Part shown: positions 18,489 to 27,613 of the stretch, one piece after another
How the letters are laid out: every line of letters starts with the position of its first letter
Numbering within the stretch: the stretch's first letter is position 1
Virus record (IMG/VR): IMGVR_UViG_3300012996_000001
Location: 1 to 64,000 of that record
DNA: 64,000 nucleotides
From: a virus
Taxonomy: Duplodnaviria; Heunggongvirae; Uroviricota; Caudoviricetes
Direction: 5' to 3' (one strand)
Program-made: the position numbers and the translations under genes
The notes under the pieces: generated by a model
Databases searched by the model: none
Seen by the model: the letters and a program-made list of their open reading frames with translations, nothing else
Told to the model about the DNA's origin: nothing

Positions 18489-19065
18489 TCAGAGTATGGC
18501 ATCTTGTGCCTATGTTGTACTTGAGGATGGTGTACCTATCTTTAAGGAGGTATTACACACCACAGGCTCCGACAAGGCTAAAGACTGGCAGCGTCGCTTT
18601 GATAATCCGGTAGAGCAGATGGCTTTTATTAGCGGTAACATTTCAGGGGTTTGTGAATCATTCAAAGTTGACCACATTGTCTTAGAATCACTCAGCTTCG
18701 GATCGGCAGGAAATGCCACAAGGGACTTGGCAGGATTATTTTTCTGTATCCAGTTGACCTTGTTGCGGGACGGGTATACGATGGACCAGATTCATACAGT
18801 GGCCCCAACCTCTGTTAAATCTTGGGCAAGAAAGCAGTTGCCTGGGGAAGAGCAGGAGGTCATGAATGAGAAGGGTACTAAAATGGTACTCATAAAAATG
18901 GGCAAAGACGAAATGATGAGGGTCTGCGAGCAACTGCAACCGGGATTCCTAGCCGGATATACTAAGTCAGGAAAGAACGGTGGAGCAACTGACCTTGCGG
19001 ATGCCTACCTGATCGGGAGGTGTTTCCTTGAAAGAAATGGGAGTCGACTGGGATTCAGTAGTTAA
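18469..19065 (+). CDS. RuvC-like Holliday-junction resolvase (tentative)
   Basis: N-terminus MRLLTIDQSMASCAYVVLEDG resembles the RuvC/YqgF first acidic motif (IDPG..GYAV). GGAGA RBS. Confidence 0.4.
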   Translation: MRLLTIDQSMASCAYVVLEDGVPIFKEVLHTTGSDKAKDWQRRFDNPVEQMAFISGNISGVCESFKVDHIVLESLSFGSAGNATRDLAGLFFCIQLTLLRDGYTMDQIHTVAPTSVKSWARKQLPGEEQEVMNEKGTKMVLIKMGKDEMMRVCEQLQPGFLAGYTKSGKNGGATDLADAYLIGRCFLERNGSRLGFSS

Positions 19066-19678
19066 CAGTGCAAATCGTAAAATTGTACTGTGTTACGACA
19101 GGGGAGAAAAACAATCTTGGCTCTGGTTTATTAAAGGGATTATTGAGCGAGATCAGACTTATCAGTACCCACAAATGGCTGACAGGTCTGAATGGCTAGT
19201 GTTAAGAGATTCCCTGCTGGGAACCAGTATGGTTATAAATTTTTATTGTACTAACCAGTGGTCTTGGTTGGATAAGGTGAGGGGCAGGATTTATGACGAG
19301 GTTATTGTTACCCGCCAGGCTTTAAGTAAGATGGAATATCCTGAAAACCTGCCCTCTGCTTTATCCGGTTGTCGATTATCGGGGGATATTTCAGACAGCG
19401 CCTTGTTCTTATTGACACAAAATGACGAGAGGGCAATGGATACCACAGGTTCGTTTATTGGAAAAACAAGCAGGGGTGGTGAAAGATCCGCGTCTGAAGA
19501 TTTCGATTTCCCTATATCTCTTTTCAGACGTCGGATGGTTGATTATTTCGTCAACTGGAAGAAACCCACCCGTGAAGAATTTATCTTCGCTCTTACAATG
19601 GAGGGGATTAGTGGCAGTACGGACAGGGAGAAAAAGGCGATCGAGGAGGCCAAGCTTTACCTCGAAAGCCAAAAGTGA
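19028..19678 (+). CDS. hypothetical protein (216 aa)
   Basis: ORF. Confidence 0.4.
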   Translation: MKEMGVDWDSVVNSANRKIVLCYDRGEKQSWLWFIKGIIERDQTYQYPQMADRSEWLVLRDSLLGTSMVINFYCTNQWSWLDKVRGRIYDEVIVTRQALSKMEYPENLPSALSGCRLSGDISDSALFLLTQNDERAMDTTGSFIGKTSRGGERSASEDFDFPISLFRRRMVDYFVNWKKPTREEFIFALTMEGISGSTDREKKAIEEAKLYLESQK

Positions 19679-19706
19679 CCAGGCAACAAAACCTATCCGA
19701 GTTACG

Positions 19707-20195
19707 TTGGACAAGGTTAAGTGGGTAAATGGCTCTAAGAGTATAGCAGCCTATCGAGATCAGCTTATTGCCGAACAAGGCGGTGTGTGCGCGATACTTG
19801 GTGAGCCTATGGAAAAGCCATGCTTGGATCACGACCATATAGAAGGAAAATGCAGGGGTGTTATTGGTTCTGAAATAAACATGTTTGAAGGCCAAGTGCA
19901 AAAGCTTTGGGGAAAGCATGTTGAGGGAAAAACGCAGTTGACAATGACAGAGGTGTTGCGTAGACTGGCTGACTATCTTGAAGAGGACAAAAAACACTTT
20001 AAGTTTCATGCCGGGGTTATCGCCGAAGTCAAGTCCGCCCTAAAAAGAAGGACCAAAGAAACAATAGCGAGGAACGCTCTTTTTCACTTAAATTTGGTTA
20101 TTGACCAGGATCTCGATAAAGGGGATATGATTGCTATCTACCTGCGAGAGTTTGTTAAGCAACTTGAGGAGAGCTACAGCAGTGAGTTTGATTGA
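19707..20195 (+). CDS. endonuclease VII (T4 gp49)-like recombination endonuclease, start codon uncertain
   Basis: LIAEQGGVCAILGEPMEKPCLDHDHIEGKCRGVIGSEINMFEGQ matches the T4 endo VII zinc/HNH motif (GGKCLIC....HLDHDH..G...G.VRGLLCNLCN..EG). There is no in-frame ATG after the upstream stop. Candidates are the TTG at 19707, or translation entering from frame 19028 via the 256-nt overlap. Confidence 0.5.
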   Translation: MDKVKWVNGSKSIAAYRDQLIAEQGGVCAILGEPMEKPCLDHDHIEGKCRGVIGSEINMFEGQVQKLWGKHVEGKTQLTMTEVLRRLADYLEEDKKHFKFHAGVIAEVKSALKRRTKETIARNALFHLNLVIDQDLDKGDMIAIYLREFVKQLEESYSSEFD

Positions 20196-20214
20196 CCGAA
20201 GTCTGTACGCAGGA

Positions 20215-20415
20215 ATGGATTGCCCAACCATTCGATTTTTCTATCGCAACTGGCGAGGTGAGCAGGGTTATCGGACCATCAGTGGTGTCCCTATGTTCTG
20301 GTATGGCGAAAGTCAGTACCACAAGGGTGCTCAGTGGTTCATCAAGGCGCATGATGTCGACAAAGACGATATTCGTGACTTCGCATTGGTAGATATTATC
20401 GAATTTTGTAAGTAA
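20215..20415 (+). CDS. hypothetical protein (66 aa)
   Basis: AGGA RBS. Confidence 0.35.
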   Translation: MDCPTIRFFYRNWRGEQGYRTISGVPMFWYGESQYHKGAQWFIKAHDVDKDDIRDFALVDIIEFCK

Positions 20416-20429
20416 CTGGAGAGTCAATT

Positions 20430-21506
20430 TTGTCAAATGTATCTTTCACACTAGAGCAGGTTATTGCACTTCTGAAAGCTGGCCTGTCTCAACGTGAAGT
20501 GGCCCGTAAACTGGGCCGTGAATCTCAAGAGTCTACAGTCCGCAGTATGCTTCGTCGTGAAGCGCAAGATCGTGGTTTTGAAAAGGTAAGCGACATGCTT
20601 GACAGTATTCCTGTCCCGGAAGGTTATGATGCCTTTATGCAGGGACTGGAGACTGGAGACATCGAGCAAGCGCAGGAATCTTTCATTGAAAGTATTCGCA
20701 ACAACAACCCGGGGGCGAAGGTTTTCCTCGGGGATGTTGAGACTTCATACACGATCTCTTATCACTTTGGCCGTTTTAAACAGTTCATCAGTCCAACACA
20801 GGTTATTCAAGAGCCTTATCTGTTGACTTTTGCTGGGAAGTGGTTGCACAACACAGCGATCTTCAGCCGTAAGCTTCCTGACTATCCGCAGGAATTTGAA
20901 AGGGATCACACATCCGATCGTCTTCTGGTAGAAGACCTGTGGAAAGTGTTGGACGAGTGCGACATCTTCATCGCACATAATGCACGTTTTGACCGTGGTT
21001 GGGCCAATCAGCGATTCGCTTTCTATGGGATGCAGCCACCAAGCCCTTATATCACTATCGACACGCTGGCGGCTTTGAAAGAGGCTTTCTCTTTACCATC
21101 TAACTCGCTAGAGGCGGCATGTAATTACTTTGAACTGGAGAGCCGCAAACTGTCCAATGAAGGTGCCCGCCTGTGGAAGCGTTGTATGGAAGGTGAAGTG
21201 GCCGCTTTTGAAGAGATGGAAGAATACAACATCGGGGATATCCCTACCCTAGAAGAGATGTACCTGACGGTGCGGCCTTTCATGCGTAAACACCCCAACA
21301 TTGCTCTGTTCCACCCGGATCAGTCAGTGATGCGTTGTGTTCGTTGTGGTTCCGATGATTTGGAAGAAGAGGTTGGCAAGACTGCCCATACTTTCCTCTC
21401 CAAATTCAAAGTTTACCGCTGCATGGAATGCGGATCTTGTGCTCGTGATCGTAAGAATATCCGTGACAAGGTAGCAATGAAGTTTACACTGGCAAACATT
21501 CTGTAA
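20430..21506 (+). CDS. DEDDh 3'-5' exonuclease (DnaQ/RNase T-like) with N-terminal HTH and C-terminal zinc ribbon
   Basis: Exo III motif FIAHNARFD, HTH LSQREVARKLG and a CxxC...CxxC tail. Confidence 0.55.
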   Translation: MSNVSFTLEQVIALLKAGLSQREVARKLGRESQESTVRSMLRREAQDRGFEKVSDMLDSIPVPEGYDAFMQGLETGDIEQAQESFIESIRNNNPGAKVFLGDVETSYTISYHFGRFKQFISPTQVIQEPYLLTFAGKWLHNTAIFSRKLPDYPQEFERDHTSDRLLVEDLWKVLDECDIFIAHNARFDRGWANQRFAFYGMQPPSPYITIDTLAALKEAFSLPSNSLEAACNYFELESRKLSNEGARLWKRCMEGEVAAFEEMEEYNIGDIPTLEEMYLTVRPFMRKHPNIALFHPDQSVMRCVRCGSDDLEEEVGKTAHTFLSKFKVYRCMECGSCARDRKNIRDKVAMKFTLANIL

Positions 21507-21511
21507 TTTAT

Positions 21512-21533
21512 CCGCCCTTCGGGGCGGTTTTTA
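21512..21533 (+). terminator. rho-independent terminator (CCGCCC-TTCG-GGGCGG-T5)
   Basis: An identical hairpin recurs at 27524 and, as a variant, at 43898 and 4696(-). Confidence 0.65.
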
Positions 21534-21544
21534 GCGAGAGCGAT

Positions 21545-22204
21545 ATGATCCTGATTAATCTGAACGCCCCGCCAGGGGCTGGAAAGGACACTCTGTGCGG
21601 TGGTGTGCATGACTACATTAACCACCCTGATTACGAAGTGGTTCATATGGAGTTTAAGAACCTGCTTTTCGATATTGCGATCCGGGCATCCGGGCTGAGC
21701 GAAAAAGTCTGGTTTGCCCATTACGAGAGAGAGTATAAAGAAAAACCGTGCCCTTACTTAATGGTAAACGGTGTGAATGTCAGTCCTCGTGACTGGATGA
21801 TCCATTGCTCTGAAAACCTGATGAAACCTGTTTTTGGTAACGATGTATTTGGGCAGGCTTTCCGTAAAAGGCTTGAAAGGATCCGAGAAGAGACGGATGC
21901 CAGCAAGGAATTGGTCATCATCGTCAGTGACGGAGGTTTTCTTGAAGAGTCGATTCCTGTTGTCAGCTTGGTAGGTCCGGAAAATTACTTTTTGGTACGT
22001 ATCCACCGACTCAAAGCTGATGGCACAGAATACGACTTTGCCGGGGATTCTCGTAGATATCTGTATGCCAAAGAGTTTCCTGCGGGACTAATCCCCCATG
22101 AAACGGATATCCTTAACGAAGAGGGTAAGGTAAACCAGACGGTTGAGCAGATTGTTGACTTTGTCAAAAGTTTAAAAGGGGATACCTTCAATGGGCACGT
22201 ATAA
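21545..22204 (+). CDS. deoxynucleoside monophosphate kinase (T4 gp1 / T5 Dnk-like)
   Basis: P-loop NLNAPPGAGKDT (T4 gp1 SGKDT). Confidence 0.55.
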   Translation: MILINLNAPPGAGKDTLCGGVHDYINHPDYEVVHMEFKNLLFDIAIRASGLSEKVWFAHYEREYKEKPCPYLMVNGVNVSPRDWMIHCSENLMKPVFGNDVFGQAFRKRLERIREETDASKELVIIVSDGGFLEESIPVVSLVGPENYFLVRIHRLKADGTEYDFAGDSRRYLYAKEFPAGLIPHETDILNEEGKVNQTVEQIVDFVKSLKGDTFNGHV

Positions 22205-22805
22205 TAAAACTCCGATCATTATCGACGTGGATCTGACGGTAGTTGATTCTGGCTGGCCTTGGATGGACTGGATGGCAACAGTGTATGACATGCCGCCAAA
22301 TCAAGAAATGTTGGACAAAGATAGTGCCAACGGAGGTTTGATTAATTATAACCTTTCGGTTTATTTTCCGGATCGTTGCAAAGAGGCCATCCCTCCTTAC
22401 GAGTTCTGGGAAGATCCTCACCTGTATGATAAGCTGCGGCCTATCCCGGGTGTTGTCGAAGCAGTCAAGGCATTGCATGAGGCAGGTCACCCTATTCGCT
22501 TCGTGTCTTACTGTAAGAAAGGTCACTTTAGCAGTAAGGTCCGCTTCCTCAAGCGCTTGTTCCCTTTCTTGGATTTGGATGGGGGATCCGATGGCTGCGG
22601 GTTCTGGGCAACAAAGAATAAGGCCGGAGTTAAGGGCGGTGTCATCATTGATGATCGACATCAATTCCTGAATCAGTTTGAAGATGACGTGATTAAGATT
22701 AAATTCGACACGCCGTTTACTCAGGACGAAGCGCCTCGTGTGAAATACGATTTGGTTTCATCTTCTTGGGGTGAAATCAAAGACTACCTGCTAGAAACTT
22801 TGTAA
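22191..22805 (+). CDS. HAD-family 5'(3')-deoxyribonucleotidase (NT5C-like; T5 Dmp analogue)
   Basis: HAD motif I IIIDVDLTVV (DxDxT/V) and a C-terminal IIDDR acidic motif. Confidence 0.5.
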   Translation: MGTYNKTPIIIDVDLTVVDSGWPWMDWMATVYDMPPNQEMLDKDSANGGLINYNLSVYFPDRCKEAIPPYEFWEDPHLYDKLRPIPGVVEAVKALHEAGHPIRFVSYCKKGHFSSKVRFLKRLFPFLDLDGGSDGCGFWATKNKAGVKGGVIIDDRHQFLNQFEDDVIKIKFDTPFTQDEAPRVKYDLVSSSWGEIKDYLLETL

Positions 22806-22987
22806 TGAAATGCCGAAAAGGTGAATGGATAGTCAGGTATGGTGAGCATGTAGAGGTTTATTCGGAGGAGGGCAACCTCCTCGCCTCTTTCAGGGTGACA
22901 AAAGATATGTGCAAAGAGATGTTTGACATATACTTGGCCGTCCGTCATGATATCGAAGGACCTTATAGGATTAGGAGATTGAAATGA
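22805..22987 (+). CDS. hypothetical protein (60 aa)
   Basis: ORF overlapping the upstream stop. Confidence 0.3.
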   Translation: MKCRKGEWIVRYGEHVEVYSEEGNLLASFRVTKDMCKEMFDIYLAVRHDIEGPYRIRRLK

Positions 22988-23214
22988 TAGTCACTGTTTT
23001 CTTAGGTGAAGATTGGCAAGGGCTGTATATCGATGGCGAATTACAACAACAGGGCCATCGATTAGACCTTCTCCGTGTACTACACAACCTGAAAGATCAT
23101 GGTGGTGAGAGTATAACCGCCATTGAGGAAGTAGAAGAAGAGGGGGATTGGTTGGTGTATGAAGGTTATCTCCCCGAAACTACCAAAGAACTATTTGAAA
23201 AGAACAAGGAGTAA
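22984..23214 (+). CDS. hypothetical protein (76 aa)
   Basis: ORF, ATGA overlap. Confidence 0.35.
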   Translation: MIVTVFLGEDWQGLYIDGELQQQGHRLDLLRVLHNLKDHGGESITAIEEVEEEGDWLVYEGYLPETTKELFEKNKE

Positions 23215-23215
23215 T

Positions 23216-24259
23216 ATGAGCCAGGTTTTCAGTAAGGGTAACATCGAAGTTCAAATCATTGCGGATTCCGTTGGGCAGCGTAGTGGTCGTATTACGACTT
23301 TTGAATTGACTTATCCTCGCATCATTCATAGCGAGTTTATGACTCACCGTTTATTCAGCCGTAACGCGATGTCATCCCGTGCGGTTCCGATCAAGAAGAT
23401 GGTCGAGTTGATCCGTACCAACATGGCGATGCCTGTACGCTTCGGCTCTAACCAGCCGGGTATGCAGGATAAAGGCACCGAACACAACGGCCAGGTTTGG
23501 TACGATTGGGTGGAAGTTAACGGGGAGTTCAAAGAACTTTATTGTTCAGGGCGAGAAGCATGGGCCAAGGCTGCGGAGGACGCTTGTTCGTGGGCAGAGC
23601 GCTTTGACACCGCCGGGTATCACAAGCAGATTGCTAATCGTCTGATCGAGCCGTTCCAGATGATGAAGACGGTTATGACCACAACTGAAATGGAAAACTT
23701 CCTGTGGTTACGTGTTGATGCAGACGCCGATCCAACAATCGAAGTGCTGGCTAACCTCATGAAAGAGGCGCTGGAAAACTCCGAACCTGAATGGCTGCAA
23801 CCAGGTACGTGGCATACGCCTTATGTTGACCACGTTTATGGATTCGGTCCGGAGGGTGAAGGACATATCTTCGAGGGTTACTGTGTTCTGGATGAGAATA
23901 ATTGTCCGGTGATGCTGACTGAAGAAGAGGCTCTGCGGATCTCGGCTTCTTGCTGCGGCCAGGTAAGTTACCGTCGTCTTAACAGCACCAAGGACAAAGC
24001 TCTGGACATCTATACTCGCCTGGTGGCGGGTAAGAAAGTACACGCCTCTCCTTTCGAGCACCAAGCGAAAGAAATTGCTGAGGAATATCACAAAACTAAT
24101 GAATATGGTGAGGTATTGTGGTCGATTAACCTACCTACCAATTTCAGATCTTGGGAAAATGGAATTACACACGTCGATCGTGAAGGCAACTTCTGGTCAG
24201 GTAATTTCAAAGGATATATTCAGCACCGCCAGTTAATTCCGGGCCACGTTGCTAAATAA
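23216..24259 (+). CDS. thyX: flavin-dependent thymidylate synthase ThyX
   Basis: ThyX signature region EFMTHRLFSRNAMSSRA aligns with QWFRHRIASYNELSGRY. C-terminal HASPFEH matches the ThyX HxSPFEH motif. AAGGAG RBS. Confidence 0.65.
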   Translation: MSQVFSKGNIEVQIIADSVGQRSGRITTFELTYPRIIHSEFMTHRLFSRNAMSSRAVPIKKMVELIRTNMAMPVRFGSNQPGMQDKGTEHNGQVWYDWVEVNGEFKELYCSGREAWAKAAEDACSWAERFDTAGYHKQIANRLIEPFQMMKTVMTTTEMENFLWLRVDADADPTIEVLANLMKEALENSEPEWLQPGTWHTPYVDHVYGFGPEGEGHIFEGYCVLDENNCPVMLTEEEALRISASCCGQVSYRRLNSTKDKALDIYTRLVAGKKVHASPFEHQAKEIAEEYHKTNEYGEVLWSINLPTNFRSWENGITHVDREGNFWSGNFKGYIQHRQLIPGHVAK

Positions 24260-24261
24260 GT

Positions 24262-24290
24262 TTGACAAAGTTAGGGCCTTGCCCTATTCT
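24262..24290 (+). promoter_or_regulatory. promoter TTGACA-N17-TATTCT, followed by palindrome CCGGGGAAATTCCCCGG (24297-24313)
   Basis: Same palindrome as at 14672-14688. Confidence 0.35.
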
Positions 24291-24333
24291 GATGTTGCCG
24301 GGGAAATTCCCCGGTTTAAGCGAGGATATGTAA

Positions 24334-24828
24334 ATGGCGTTTGGTAAGACTCTGAAGTATGGCTCGGTTACATTGGACTTCGTGGTTGAGTGTGCGAAGA
24401 TGTTGGGTGTAGATCTCCAGAAGAAAGAAAATTTCCGTCAGGTGATGTTCCTGATCGGTTTTGAAGTTTCAGTCCTGAATGAAGAGACTGGATTGTACGT
24501 CCCTTGCAAGATTGACCAGATGAATAACGTGAATGTTCGCTGTGTCGGTGCGCCTTACAAGTGCCGCCCAACCACTGTTTTTTCAGGGCGAGTCCGAGAC
24601 GTCCGGGACTTCCCGAATGCCTCGATTTATGATAAAGTAGATATCCTTGATGTTGGTGACTCCGTAGGAAAAACGATGGTTAACTCTCTCCCTTACGACA
24701 TCCCGTCAGTAGAGAAAGTGAACACTCGTAAGTACACCAAACAAGAGAATCGTAGCGACGTTGTTATCCTGGACCTTCCAGAAATTGACGACATGGGACA
24801 GATCTTCAACCTGGGTGCAGGGGTTTAA
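24334..24828 (+). CDS. hypothetical protein (164 aa)
   Basis: RBS GAGGA. Confidence 0.45.
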   Translation: MAFGKTLKYGSVTLDFVVECAKMLGVDLQKKENFRQVMFLIGFEVSVLNEETGLYVPCKIDQMNNVNVRCVGAPYKCRPTTVFSGRVRDVRDFPNASIYDKVDILDVGDSVGKTMVNSLPYDIPSVEKVNTRKYTKQENRSDVVILDLPEIDDMGQIFNLGAGV

Positions 24829-24829
24829 T

Positions 24830-25060
24830 ATGGCTAAGAAAAATAGTGCTGTTCCGGATGAGCAGACTAAGTGGTTTCAACGTGGCTTCGAAGGTAAGGC
24901 AGATTATATTGGTTGGTTGCGGTTCAATGATCTTTGTGATGAGTCAATGGATTATGATGACACTTATCACGACCCTTACTTGGGTAAAACTATCCGTTTA
25001 GGTCAGGCTCCTGTCGAAGACATTGAGCAGTACGACACCACAGTTGAAATTAAGCAGTAA
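24830..25060 (+). CDS. hypothetical protein (76 aa)
   Basis: ATG immediately after the upstream stop. Confidence 0.4.
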   Translation: MAKKNSAVPDEQTKWFQRGFEGKADYIGWLRFNDLCDESMDYDDTYHDPYLGKTIRLGQAPVEDIEQYDTTVEIKQ

Positions 25061-25074
25061 ATAAGGAGTTATAC

Positions 25075-27333
25075 TTGACCAGCATTTCTGTTGTAAAATC
25101 TTCCGGCAAGAAAGAACCTTTCATCGCGGAGAAAGCGAATCGTGTTGTAGAGTGGGCCTGTGAAAATCTGGATGCCAGTCCTTCTGAAGTTCTGATGAAG
25201 GCACACCTGCAACTGTTCGATGGTATTACAACTAAAGAGATCCACGAGACACTGATCAAAGCGGCGGCGGACCTTATTTCAGTTTCCGCACCTGACTACC
25301 AGTATGTCGCAGCACGTCTCCTGCTGTTCAAGATTCGTAAAGAAGCTTACGGGGATTTCACTCCCCGTTCGCTAAAAAGTCAAATCTCAAGCATGGTTGC
25401 CATTGGTAAGTATGACAGGCACCTGCTCGATGATTACGCGGATCATGAATTGGATCTGCTGGATAGTGCGATCGATCACGACCGTGATTTCGATTACACA
25501 TATGCAGCAATGCGGCAGTATGAGGACAAATACCTCGTGCAAGACCGTATTACTCGGGAGATCTATGAATCTCCGCAAATGGCACTCATGCTGATCGCAA
25601 TGGGGCTGATGTCCAAGGAAGACAAAAAGACCCGACTGAGTAAGGTTGTGGAACTGTACGAGAGCGTTTCTAGCATGGCCCTCTCCCTGCCAACACCTAT
25701 TATGGCGGGAGTTCGTACGCCTACTCGCCAGTTCAGTTCTTGTGTACTGATTGAGGCAGGAGATAGCATTGATCAAATCTTCAATGCGAATACTGCCCAA
25801 GGTAAGTATGCAGCACAGCGTGCAGGGATCGGTCTCAACTTTGGCCGAATTCGTGGTCAGGATGCACCTATCCGTGGTGGAGAGGTTAAACATTCCGGCA
25901 CTGTGCCTATCGTACGTATGTATCAGGAATCGTTAGGCTGGACATCTCAGGGCGGGGTACGCAAGGCTGCGGCAAACTATTTCTATCCAATGTGGCATTG
26001 GGACTTTGAGTCACTGATCGTCATGAAGAACAACCGGGGTTCAGAAGAGACCCGTGCTCGTCATGTCGACTACGGCCTTCAAATTAACAAATTGCTGTAC
26101 ACCCGTTTGCAGAAAGGGCAGAATATCGCGTTGTTCCACCCGAATGTTGCCGACGGTAAGCTTTATGATTACTTCTTCTCTAACCAAGAGAAGTTCCAAG
26201 AGCTTTACGAAGCCCTTGAGAACGATCCAAAGGTGCCGAAGAAGACAATCTCGGCAGTGGATGCCTTCTCTGTGTTTGCTCAAGAGAGATCACAGACTGG
26301 GCGTATTTATCTACAGAACGTAGACCACTGCAACACGAACAGCCCATTTGACCAGGAAGTTGCCCCGGTTAAGCAGTCTAATTTGTGTATGGAGATCGCA
26401 TTACCTACCCATCCTATTGATGATATCAACGATCCGGATGACAAAGGTGAGATTGCGCTGTGTACGCTGTCGGCGATTAACCTGGGGAAGGTCGAGAAGG
26501 TTGAGGATATGCGAGCGCCTATCCGTATTGCGGTAAGGGCCCTTGATGACCTCTTAGACTATCAAGATTACCCAGTCATGGCTGCGGAGAAAACAAAACT
26601 TCGCCGTACTTTGGGTATTGGATGGACTAACCTGGCTTACTACCTGGCTAAACGTGGTGTAAAGTATAGCGATCCTGCGGCGGCTAACTTAGTGCACGAG
26701 TTGGCAGAGGCTTTCCAATTCTATTTGCTGGAAGCTTCGGTTGATTTAGCTAAAGAGCGCGGGGCTTGTGAGTTATATCACGAGACCAGCTACTCGAAAG
26801 GGATTCTGCCAATTGATCGGTATAAGAAAGAGGTTGATAATCTCCACACAACAGATTTAAAGATGGATTGGGAATGGCTGCGTGTGCAAATTGCTCTGCA
26901 TGGCCTGCGGAACTCAACTCTGTCAACAATGATGCCGTGTGAGACTTCTAGCCAGATAACTAACTCAACTAACGGATTTGAGCCGCCACGCGATGCGATT
27001 TCATTTAAGAAGTCCAGCGCAGGTATGCTGCCTGTATTGGTGCCCGGCGTTGGTGAGGAGGGTGTAGTCTACGAGTTCAAATGGGATATGGATTCACCTA
27101 TCCCTTACCTGAACTTGGTAGCCCTGATGCAGAAGTTTATCGACCAGGCAGCGTCCGCCAACACTTTCTACAAACCTTGGAATTTCCCGGGTGGGAAACT
27201 GCCAATGAAAGTGGTATTGCGGGATATCCTCTATGCGTACAAGCACGGCGTCAAGACTCTTTATTACCAAGAGACTAAAGACGGCGAAGAAGAGGAAGAT
27301 GACGGTTGTGAGTCAGGTGCCTGCAAGCTGTAA
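25075..27333 (+). CDS. nrdA: ribonucleoside-diphosphate reductase alpha subunit (class Ia)
   Basis: TTG start with an AAGGAG RBS. Collinear with E. coli NrdA from the ATP-cone (FDGITTKEIHETLIKAAADLIS) to the C-terminal DDGCESGACKL (E. coli DDGCESGACKI). Confidence 0.9.
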   Translation: MTSISVVKSSGKKEPFIAEKANRVVEWACENLDASPSEVLMKAHLQLFDGITTKEIHETLIKAAADLISVSAPDYQYVAARLLLFKIRKEAYGDFTPRSLKSQISSMVAIGKYDRHLLDDYADHELDLLDSAIDHDRDFDYTYAAMRQYEDKYLVQDRITREIYESPQMALMLIAMGLMSKEDKKTRLSKVVELYESVSSMALSLPTPIMAGVRTPTRQFSSCVLIEAGDSIDQIFNANTAQGKYAAQRAGIGLNFGRIRGQDAPIRGGEVKHSGTVPIVRMYQESLGWTSQGGVRKAAANYFYPMWHWDFESLIVMKNNRGSEETRARHVDYGLQINKLLYTRLQKGQNIALFHPNVADGKLYDYFFSNQEKFQELYEALENDPKVPKKTISAVDAFSVFAQERSQTGRIYLQNVDHCNTNSPFDQEVAPVKQSNLCMEIALPTHPIDDINDPDDKGEIALCTLSAINLGKVEKVEDMRAPIRIAVRALDDLLDYQDYPVMAAEKTKLRRTLGIGWTNLAYYLAKRGVKYSDPAAANLVHELAEAFQFYLLEASVDLAKERGACELYHETSYSKGILPIDRYKKEVDNLHTTDLKMDWEWLRVQIALHGLRNSTLSTMMPCETSSQITNSTNGFEPPRDAISFKKSSAGMLPVLVPGVGEEGVVYEFKWDMDSPIPYLNLVALMQKFIDQAASANTFYKPWNFPGGKLPMKVVLRDILYAYKHGVKTLYYQETKDGEEEEDDGCESGACKL

Positions 27334-27523
27334 GGAGCTTTTGTGAGTAAAACGGTTATCTGGTGGTTTATTTATCGGCGCTGGCGTCTGATAGCTTGGA
27401 CGAAAAGTTATGACAAAGTAGCAAGGCGGACATTGGTGGCTAATGCCTATCTTGTTAACCTATGCTACTGTCGTGATCACAGGCTGATATACAAAGACAT
27501 GCAGAGAATCCTAAAGTAATAAA

Positions 27524-27546
27524 CCGCCCTTCGGGGCGGTTTTTCT
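27524..27546 (+). terminator. rho-independent terminator (CCGCCC-TTCG-GGGCGG-T5)
   Basis: Identical to the terminator at 21512. Confidence 0.65.
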
Positions 27547-27557
27547 TTCTGAGACTA

Positions 27558-27585
27558 TTGACAGTCTTCAGGATAGTTGTAGAAT
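27558..27585 (+). promoter_or_regulatory. promoter TTGACAGT-N16-TAGAATGA upstream of nrdB
   Basis: The -10 overlaps the track's ATG at 27584, so the real nrdB start is 27614. Confidence 0.5.
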
Positions 27586-27613
27586 GAGTGTAAGTTTAAC
27601 AAGGGAGATTAAG

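Noticed and set aside
19422-19706. N-terminal 95 codons of track ORF 19422..20195
   Set aside because: This part overlaps gene 19028..19678 in another frame and translates to low-complexity R/S/K sequence. The endo VII homology begins only after 19707.
27584-27613. Track start of nrdB at 27584
   Set aside because: That ATG lies inside the -10 hexamer (TAGAAT) of the nrdB promoter. The E. coli-collinear N-terminus and the GGGAG RBS support 27614.
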